Shown piece after piece: positions 53,969-64,000 of a stretch of 64,000 nucleotides of DNA (position 1 is its first letter; every line of letters begins with the position of its first letter). The notes under the pieces were generated by a model. It was not told where the DNA came from. It was given only the letters and a program-made list of their open reading frames with translations, and made no database searches. The translations under genes were made by a program, and so were the position numbers. The stretch spans positions 5,332,001 through 5,396,000 of the forward strand of contig NC_089430.1 of the NCBI RefSeq assembly GCF_026210795.1, read 5' to 3'. The DNA comes from Rhizophagus irregularis (lineage: Eukaryota).

Positions 53969-55280
53969 GCTCTGGTGCTATATTGGGAATTTTCTTATAA
54001 CAATAGTTTTAAATAATCTTAATTATAAGTAAAAAGTGTGTAAAATTACTGCGCCACAAAAATAATTAATTTTACTTATAATTAAGATTATTTAAAACTA
54101 TTGTTATAATAGTAAAAATAAATTGATTTATAAAAAGAATATAACCTAATGTATCTTGCATGATAAAATTATGAAATGTATTAATCTTAAAAAGTAGATT
54201 TAGAATGCTAATTTTGAGTTTTATATAGAAAAACTGTAATTTTACTGTGTCATAAAAATATTTATTTTTAATACTATTAATCAAAGATTATTTAAAACTG
54301 TTGTTGTGGCAATATTAATAAATTAATTTTTTTAAAAAATAAAATATTTGTTTATTATGGTATTAAAATATTTGAAAAATTATACCTGTTAGGATGTAAT
54401 GTTATATTATATATAAAATTAAATATTTTTTTTTATACATATATAAAAAATTTTAGAGCACATTATCTTACTATCTAGTGATCAGATTTTATTGATCTTT
54501 GACTTATTAGATTCATCTTATTAAGTCAAATCAAATGTTATAATTTTATAATTATTAGATTAATATTTATTATAAGATATCAATTGAAGTACTGTTAATT
54601 TTATCTTATAATCTAATGATCAGAAACTGATAATTTATAGCTCATTAGATTTATCTTGTTTAGACAAATCTAATGGTTATTAGATCATAAAAATTGGATT
54701 ATTATTGGCTGAGATATTACGGTTTGAAATTTTAATAGCAATTCAAGGGACATGCTTGCTGACCATAAAAAATTTAATAATAAATAACAGGTTTGCACAG
54801 TTTTTAATTGATTTAATAATTAAATGGTGCAAATCTGTTTTTTATTATCTAATCATTTAACAAGAAATGGTTCATGCCATTTCTTTATTAAACCATTAAA
54901 AAAATGGTGCATACCCATTATTTGTTATCAAATTACTAATTAAAAATAATGGGTTTACACCATATTTATTATCAAATTGCTAATAATTTAATAATGTAAT
55001 AATGTGAACTCTTAAAACTTCATAGATTATATAAATTAGTTCTAACCCTTACAATTTAAGGGATAGTTAAATAAATTATAATGTTTAAAAGCTCACTAAC
55101 TTGTACTTAATTACCCTAGTTATATATTAAGAACTTCTTAATAAACGTCAAATGTTAATTAGTTAATAGAATATCACAGTTGTAAAATACAGCTTTTAAA
55201 TTTGCGACAATAAATCCTTTTTGCATTAAGATCTAAATTATATTCACTCTACTATTAATTTTATTCTTTCATCACGCTCT

Positions 55281-55575
55281 CCCTATAAAAAAAGAAAATT
55301 CAGAATTTGTCCTGAAAAGTATGGAAAATGTCCGGAAATTTTCCATGCGTCCGGAAAACATTCGGAAACGGTCATGTTTTGGAACATTTTCCGGACGCTC
55401 GATTCTGGACAAATTCTGGACAAATTCTGGAGTGTCAAGAAAATGTCTGGAATTTGTGCGTCTGGAAAGTGTTCCAAAACATGACCGTTTCCGAATGTTT
55501 TCCGGACGCACGGAAAATTTCCGGACATTTTCCATACTTCTCAGGACAAATTCCGAATTTTCTTTTTTTATAGGG
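55281..55575. mobile_element. Fold-back MITE with CCCTA termini (295 bp)
   Basis: CCCTATAAAAAAAGAAAATTC...GAATTTTCTTTTTTTATAGGG; arms complementary for ~115 bp; 3-bp TSD TCT (55278-55280 and 55576-55578); internal TCCGGA repeats. Confidence 0.9.
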
Positions 55576-55855
55576 TCTATGTATAAAAATTTAAAACTTT
55601 ATTTATTTTATCAATGAATATAAACATATATATAGTTAAATATGAAGTCATTACGACTTAAAATTCTACCTAACATATGTAGTTAAAAAAAAATTGCGAT
55701 TCAAATAATTACAGAAAAGCAAAAAAAAAAAAGTCAACGTTAAACAGAATTTTAAATTATAATGACAAATTTTTTTTGAATAAAAAAGAATAATTTTATA
55801 ATTAGTAAACTTGGTATAGCAGAAAAAAGCCAAATAAGGATATATAATCGTAATT

Positions 55856-58800
55856 TTATTCTATTCTAATTTTTTTTCTTTTACTCTCAGATTCGTCATT
55901 TTGACTTAAGAAACAATTTTTTCTTTTACTCTCTGATTCGCTGTTTTGATCTAAGAAAAAAAAAAATATTATATTAACTGTTAATTACGAATGAAAAAAC
56001 ATAAAGTTATTATAATTATTATGTAGAAATTAATATTTACTATCTTCTTCAATGTTCAATTGAGAAATATTGATTTGTGAAGATTCTATTTAATAAATTA
56101 AGACTTATTGTTAGTATTTTATGAACTAGATATTTTCAAAGTCATACATAAGTAAACTATTTACCGTTCTCATTAATATTCAATTGAGAAATATTAATTT
56201 GTAAAGATTCTATTTAATAAATTAAAGTTTATTATTAGTATTATATTGACTAAATATATTTAAAAAGCAGCAATTAATAAATATTTAATTAATACCTGAA
56301 AATTCCTTGCTTATTATATTATCGATTTGCTCATAATAATCAACAGAATTTTTAGGTTCAGGAAGATTATTGAAACTAAGCAATCTACTTGTATAAATAG
56401 CCCCTGAATGTGATTTATATGATATTCCCAAGCTAGTTGAAGGCTTAATATGAACTCGTGAATTGTTATTTATTTTTTCTGTTTCTTTGATTTGTTTCTG
56501 TAATTCAACTGTTTCATTATCACTTTCTTTATATTGCCATTTGCGTAAAATATTAATAACTTCTATTGCTGTTGGTCTATTTAGTTGATTTGCATCCAAA
56601 CACCTTTTAATTAACTGAACAATTAATTGGGGCACTTTAATATTAAATCTTGGTCTAAGTCCTTGACAAATTTTTATTGCTAAATAATTGTCATGGCTTA
56701 AATCATAATATGGAGGTAATCCAGAAATTAATTCATACATATTTATACCAAAACTGTAAATATCTGCAGCTTTTGTATAATTTTGTCCTCCTAAAATTTC
56801 AGGAGCTATATAAGGTAAAATACCATATATATTATTTTTTGATAAATTACAATTTGCAGGTTTACACAATCCCATATCGGTTATAGCAACATTATTTTCA
56901 TGTTTCAACATATTACCGATATGTAAATCTCGATGAATTAATTCCTTTTTATGAATAAAATTAAGCCCAGATACAATATCATCTAAATGTCTAAATATAC
57001 TTTTCCAATTTAATTCATAATATTTTATGTCCAAATATTTCCGTAAACTTCCATCATTTGCATATTTCAAAACCATTACATAATTTTCTGTTACTGGATC
57101 TTGAGTTATTCCATAAAATTTTGTAATTCTAAAATCATCATCTACTTTATGATGTAACATCATCTATATATAAAAGGTAAAAAAATAACTGATATTAAAA
57201 GTATAAATTGAAATTTTTTGAATAAAAATTTATTCATACCTCATTCATAAATTCTAATGTAATGTTTTTTGAATCATTTAAACTTTTCAAAGCTACATAC
57301 ATATTTTTATTATACCTTTTCCAAAGTTGATTTTTATCATCCCAATAACTTATATTTCCATTAATCCAATTTGCCTTATATACTTTACCAAATCCACCTC
57401 TTGCAATATATACAATATTACAAAATTTACTATAAGGTATCCATTCCAATGCATGTGATATTTCACTATTTTTATGAGCTAACAACTGAGTATCTTGAAT
57501 AAACTTATCAATATCCTTATTACCACTAGTCCAATATATAAATTTTCGTTGAAAGTATATTGAATTACATGCATAATTACATTTTTCACATATGTCATTC
57601 AAAACAACTATATAACTTTTTGTTTCTGGATCCTGAGTTATTCCATAAAATTCACGATTTATTTTAATCTATAATGTAATAATATATTAGAAAATTAAGA
57701 TTTTTATAATTTTGTTAAGTAATAGCTTATCAGTACTTTACCTTATTTGCAAATTCTAATGTAAAATTAATTGGATTATTTAAACTTTTCAAAATCACAA
57801 ACATATTAAGATTCCCTCTTTCCAATTTTTCATTTGTATCATTCCAACTAAATATTTTTCCATCAATCCAATTTGCTTTATACACTTTACCAAATTTATT
57901 TTCTTCAATATGTTTAATATTATACAAACTATCATAAGGTATCCATTCTAGTGCTACACTTATATCATAATGAGCTGACAGTTGTGTATCTTGAATAAGT
58001 TTATCAATATAATTATTGCCACTGGTCCAATTTTTGAAATTCCGTTGAAAGTATATTGAATTACAGGTATAATTGCATTTTTCACATATATCATCCAAAA
58101 CAATCATAAAGTTATTTGTTTTTGGATCTTGAGTTATCCCATATAATGTATGGTTAAATTTAATCTACAAATATATTAATATATTATTAGTAAAAAATAA
58201 TAGATTTTAAAATCTGTGCATAGTAATGAATCAATAAAGTAAATACCTCATTTATAAATTCTAATGTAAAATTAATTGGATTATTTAAACTTTTCAAAAT
58301 CACAAACATATTAAGATTCTTACTTTTCAATTTTTCATTTGTATCATTCAAACTACATATTTTTCCATCAATCCAATTTGCTCTATACACTTTACCAAAC
58401 TTATTTTCTTCAATATATTTAAAATTATAGACTCTATCATAAGGTATCCACTCTAGTGCTCCTTTTACATCTTTATGAGATGAAAGTTGAGTATCTTGAA
58501 TGAGTTTATCAATATCATCATTACCACTGGTCCAATCTACGAATTTCTGCCCAAAGTAAATGGCATTGCACAATTTATAGCATTTTTTACATTTATTATT
58601 CAAAACCATCATATAATCGTTTGTTTCTAGATCCTGAGTTATTCCATAAAATTCATTGTTTCTTTTGATCTACAATGTAATAATATGTTAAAAAAATAAA
58701 GTTTTTAAAATTTTGTTAAGTAATAAGCTTATCAGTATACCTTAATTGCAAATTCTAATGTAAGATTATTTGGATTATTTAAAATATTCAAATTCACAAA

Positions 58801-61800
58801 CATATTATGATTCTTTCTTTTCAATTTTTCATTTGTATCATTCGAACTACATATTTTTCCATCAATCCAATTTGCTCTATACACTTTACCAAACTTATTT
58901 TCTTCAATATATTTAAAATTATAGAGTCTATTATAAGGTATCCACTCTAGTGCTTCTTTTACACCTTTATGAGATGATAGTTGAGTATCTTGAATAAGTT
59001 TATCAATATCATCATTACCACTCGTCCAATCTATGAATTTATGTTGAAAATAAATTGCATTGCACAATTTATAGCACTTTTTACATTTATTATTCAAAAC
59101 TATCATATAATTTTTTGTTTCTAGATCCTGAGTTATTCCATAAAATTCATTATTTATTTTAATCTACAATGTAATAATATGTTAGAAAAAATAAAGTTTT
59201 AAAATTTTGTTAAGTAATAAGCTTATCAATATACCTTATTTGCAAATTCTAATGTAAGATTATATGGATTATTTAAACTATTCAAATTCACAAACATATT
59301 ATGATACTTTCTTTCCAATTTTTCATTTGTATCATTCCAATTACATATTTTTCCATCAATCCAATTTGCTCTATACATTTTACCAAGCTTGTTTTCTTCA
59401 ATATATTTAATATTGTACAATCTATCATAAGGTATCCATTCCAGTGCTTCCTTTGCATCACAATGAACTGATAATTGTGTATCTTGAATAAGTTTATTGA
59501 CATCATTATTACCACTGGTCCAATTTTCAAAATTATTTTGAAAGTGTATTACATTACATACATTATTACATTTTTCACATATATCTTTCAAAACGATCAA
59601 GTAATTCCCTGTTTCTGGATCTTGAGTTATTCCATAAAACTCATGGTCTTTTCTAATCTACAAATATGAAATATGCATAAATTATTATTAGTAAAGATAA
59701 TAAATTTCACATTCCGTGTATAGTAATGAATCAAATAAAATACCTTATTTATAAATCCAAATTTAACATTTTTTAAGTTATTTAAACTTTCCAGCTTTAC
59801 AACCATATTTCTTTGCAGAAACCTCTGGTTTTCACAAAATATGTCAGACATAATCACTACATATTACTAACAGATGGTATATATATGTTCTATATATTTT
59901 AATATACGCAATATGTTTGTAATATTAATAAAATAATGTTATAATATTTTTAATATATGTTGAAATTTAAACTTAAACTAATATAGTGTAGTAAATATTT
60001 TTGTAATATGAATAAAATAATTTTACAATATTTTCAAAGTATGTTAAAACATGTACTTAAACAAATGATATAATGAATATTTTGAATATGTTGTTAATAT
60101 ATTTCAAGTATGCTGTTGATATATGAATAACATATTTTGAATACTGTTGTTGATATACAAACAATATATTTTGAATATGTTGTTGATATATGAATAATAT
60201 ATTTTGAATATGTTGTTGTTATATGAATAACTGCTTCTAGCATGTGACTGTCATGTGACTATAAGGTTGATCGCTAGTGCATTTTTTTCGTCTTAGTTAC
60301 CAAATCACTACTTTATATTGGCTATATGAAGGCAATATGAAACCTTAATTTTTTTAATTTTAAATAATATGATTTTTTTTAAAAAAAATAAAAATAAAAA
60401 TTTATAATTTTATCCTTTTAACGAAAATACAAATTGTGTTCAATTTACCTAATGCTAAAAAATAAATCTTGATTAGCTTTGCCATTTATCATAACACTAA
60501 TTTATTAAAATGCATTATAATAATATAATAAGGACACTCGTTATTGTTAATTTATTGATATATAGCAAAAATGTATTTAATTTAAATAGTAAATAAATTG
60601 TGTAATCAAACATAAGATATCAATATTGATATATAATATATATTTAAAAATCATAAACTTCGTAGCCACGCTCAATTAAGGCAATGTATTACTAGACCTA
60701 CACTAAAGATGACTTTAGCAAGGCTTTCTTTGTGAATTAAAAGAAATTTCATACACTTTGCCAGCTGGTGGGATAGCTTATGACCTCTAACAAGTCTGTT
60801 TATACTTTATACTAATAAATCCAGAATGTTTGCACCGCTAATAAAATGTATCCTAAAAAAATAAAATAGATAAATGAGCAATTAGTAAACAATCAAATTA
60901 AATAAAAAAAAAATACTTTCTTTTTTTGTTTATAATCACATGATATCAATTGATTTGCATAACAGTGACTTGTACAGATGATCCCGGGAAAATTACAGCC
61001 GATACGATCAATATACCAACCAAATTTTACGCATCTAGATCCATCTAAAGAGAAAAGCTACCCATAGCCAAACATGATAATATAACAATATCAGCCACAA
61101 ATCCTTTGAATGACTTTATTTTGACTCACAATATAAAATATGGGCCATTTTCTGATAAAAGATTTATTATATATTTTTTTTTTAGTAGTAAAACGTAATA
61201 CTTTATCAAAAAAATAAAAGTAAAAAGAAAACCAAAATTTTCATGTACTATATAATACTTTCTGGTTCCTTTATAAATGGTTCTTCCATTGAAAAAAAAG
61301 CTTTTACTAAAATAATAATATTTCTATAGGAAAGAAAAAAATTTTTAGGTTATAGAAAGTTGGAAAAAAAGTGTGAAAAAAAAGGAAAAAAGTTTATATA
61401 AATAAGTATTTTAAGTGGGAAAAAAAAGTTCAAATTTTCGGTTATACAAACTTATTGTAATAAATTCGCGTCATGTGATTTAATATTAGCAATATAACAA
61501 TATCACTTTTTTTTAAAAAAAAGTATAACTTTAAAAAAAGTCTAAAGTTAAAGTTTAAAAAAAAGTTAAACTTTTTTCGGCATAAACTTTTTTTTGGTAA
61601 ACTTTCCTCTCTCATTTTCCCCCTTTCCCTCTCTTTTATAATTTCCCTTTCCCTCTTTTCATTTTTTCCCTATCTCTCTTTCATGTACTTCCCTTTTTCT
61701 CACTTTTTTCTTTTTTTTTAGACAGATGTAAATTTCAGTATTCTTTGAATATTTTTGGACAAGGATTTTGGTAAGAGGAATGTTTCTGGCCTATCTCTTT

Positions 61801-63675
61801 AATGAAATAATTATTAATGTTCTGTTTCTTTTCTCTTTTAAGCGACTTTTTAGTTCTTTGGATATGGATTTTGGTTTTTTTAAAAAAATTTCTCTATTTC
61901 GTCTTTTAAAATGCTTTTTTTTTTTAAACGGCTTGGATACTAGGATTTCAGTAAGAAATTGGCCTTGTTTTTTCATATTTTTAGACAAGTTTGGACGCGT
62001 AGAATAGGTAAGTTTCAAAAACAGAAATTTGAAACTTTAAAGAAAAGTTTTTTTAAAACTTATTTTTGTTTGATTTTTGTAGGAAATTAGCTCTGACTTG
62101 AAAGCTGGAATTCTAGATAATGGCGAGTTGAACTCAAAACTTTTAAAAAAACTTTTTATCATTTTTTTTTTCAATCAGTTCCGACTTGGAAAACTGAAAT
62201 CTCAAAGATTGTAAGTTTCGAAAATAGGAATTCAAAATTTTAAAGAAAAAAATTTTTTTTTACATTTTTTCTTTTTTTGTAGGGAAATCAGCTCTGACGG
62301 ATGTAGACACCAGATTCCCAAGTGAGTATCAAAAATATTTTTGAAAATTATTTCTTTAGTAGGACTCCTATCTTTAGAACTCTTGTGAAAGATGTTTAAT
62401 TACAGTAGCGTCTTCTTTTATTTTATGTTTTCCTTTGACTCAATTATCAGAGTTCCCAGTATGATAACTGGTCTTTATATTGTTCGGATTGTGCGAAATT
62501 AGTAGATGAAGGTAAACTTTTGGGAAAATAAATTCGAAAATGATAAAAAATTGTGATTACTGTTTTTTTCTTTTTTTTTTTTTATAGGATGGATTTCCAA
62601 TTGATCGGATGGTGAGTTCAAAATTTTGAAATTAAATTATTTCAAAATTAAATTTTTTTAAATAATATTTAACTTTTCCTCTTTTTTATAGGAAATGGAT
62701 TCTGGTTCTTGAGTGGATTGGATGGTAAGTTTTGATTTTAAAAACTTAATTTATTTAGCTATTTTTTTATTAATGAAATAATATTAACATTTTATTTATA
62801 TTTATTTTATAGAAGGCTAAAGAATCACTACGGTGGTTTCAAAATTTTCCAATTACCTTGGTTGATCACATTCCACGTTTATTCTTTATCACAATTGTAG
62901 GAATACATAATACTGAGCATAATGAAGGAAATCGATGTTATATTTTATTATAATGCGGTATTGGTATGGATAATAATATTATTAAGAATTATATAGTATT
63001 TTAAATTTTTTGATAGATGAGAGAAACATTTGTGCCATATGATATTGTATACATGTAATTAAATTTTTGATTATTTTAATAAATTGATTTATAATATTTC
63101 CAACATATTTTTGATATATAATGAAAACATCCCTATTACATATTTCCAACATATTTTTGATATATAATAAAAACATTCCTATTACATATTTTCATCATAT
63201 TTTTGATTGATGTTTAACATATTCTAGACATATTTTTATTTCATATTTTTGACATATGCTTAACATATTGCTGTTATCGAGTTACAACAGAGTTAACAGA
63301 AATACGTATGCAATATGGTGATCATATTTTAAAAATGTTTCTACCATATTTTTCAAAATCGATAGGTTTCAGCAAAGTTTGATGCCTTATCCAATCTCGT
63401 TTATATATACTCCAACGAAATATACATCCATCGATCCAATTTGCTTTATACACTTTACCAAACTTGTTTTCGTCAATATATTTAATATCATCCAGTCTAT
63501 GATAAGGTATCCACTCTAGTGCTACTTTTACATTTTTATGAGATAATAATTGAGTGGCTTGAATGAGTTTATCAATATCATTATTACCACTAGTCCAATC
63601 TATGAATTTATGTTGAAAATAAATTGCATTGCACAATTTATAGCACTTTGTACAATTATTATATATTTCGGCCAT
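55856..63675 (-). pseudogene. TKL-type protein kinase with 6 N-lobe repeat exons (kinase gene 4); exon 1 interrupted by a 3.57-kb transposon
   Basis: Exon 1 starts MAEIYNNCTKC at 63675, breaks at 63378 and resumes at 59810 (NMVVKLESLNN). Five more repeat exons lie at 59660-57239, then kinase exon 56285-57163 (HRDLHIGNML, DMG, APE) and three tail exons ending ESKRKKIRIE* at 55856. Confidence 0.85.
59811..63377 (+). mobile_element. Non-autonomous CACTA/CMC-like TIR element, copy 2 (3,567 bp), inserted in kinase gene 4
   Basis: TIRs CTTTGCAGAAACCT and AGGTTTCAGCAAAG. Removing the element plus a 2-bp TT duplication restores the kinase frame WIRHQNMVVKL. Confidence 0.93.
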
Positions 63676-64000
63676 TGACTTTATATGCAATATAAAGATT
63701 AATGAATAAATAATAAAGGCAGAATAAGATACTAGTGCAGAATCGAAAAAATGATTTTGTTCCGAGGCCGATAATATTTACTATATATGAAAAAAAATAA
63801 AAAGTTATAAAAAAAAATAAATGAAATTTAGATTGCTCTTATTTTAATATTTATAGGGAGTAAAATCATTACCTTTTTTTCATAGGTAACACGCACTTTA
63901 TTGATAATGCATATTGACAATGCATAAAATGAAATCATGCATGATCAATCACATGATATATCTTTCCGATCATCAACTTTTTATTTAAAAGTTTGTCAAT

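Noticed and set aside
55272..55617. Four overlapping ORFs on both strands
   Set aside because: Mirror-image products of the palindromic MITE.

Overview
Very AT-rich, intron-containing eukaryotic DNA. The short GT-AG introns, the kinase family and the transposon content are most consistent with an arbuscular mycorrhizal (Glomeromycotina, Rhizophagus-like) fungus; this assignment is an inference. The only clear host genes are a co-oriented minus-strand cluster of four tyrosine-kinase-like (TKL-type) kinase genes plus one kinase relic. Each kinase domain is preceded by a tandem array of ~140-aa phase-0 exons (2, 10, 6 and 6 copies). Each exon encodes a circularly offset kinase N-lobe module, and only the last copy keeps the Gly-loop/VALK motif. 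The rest is mobile DNA: a degenerate LINE; a ~4-kb TIR element with a RAG1/Transib-like transposase and a convergent C2H2-finger gene; two Helitron 3' ends bracketing a 174-bp satellite; an intact hAT element with an 8-bp TSD; several MITEs; two non-LTR fragments stacked on one 17-bp target; a palindromic 60-bp satellite; and two near-identical 3.56-kb CACTA/CMC-like elements in inverted orientation, one of which splits exon 1 of the fourth kinase gene. Exon boundaries and copy counts were read by eye and no database searches were run.
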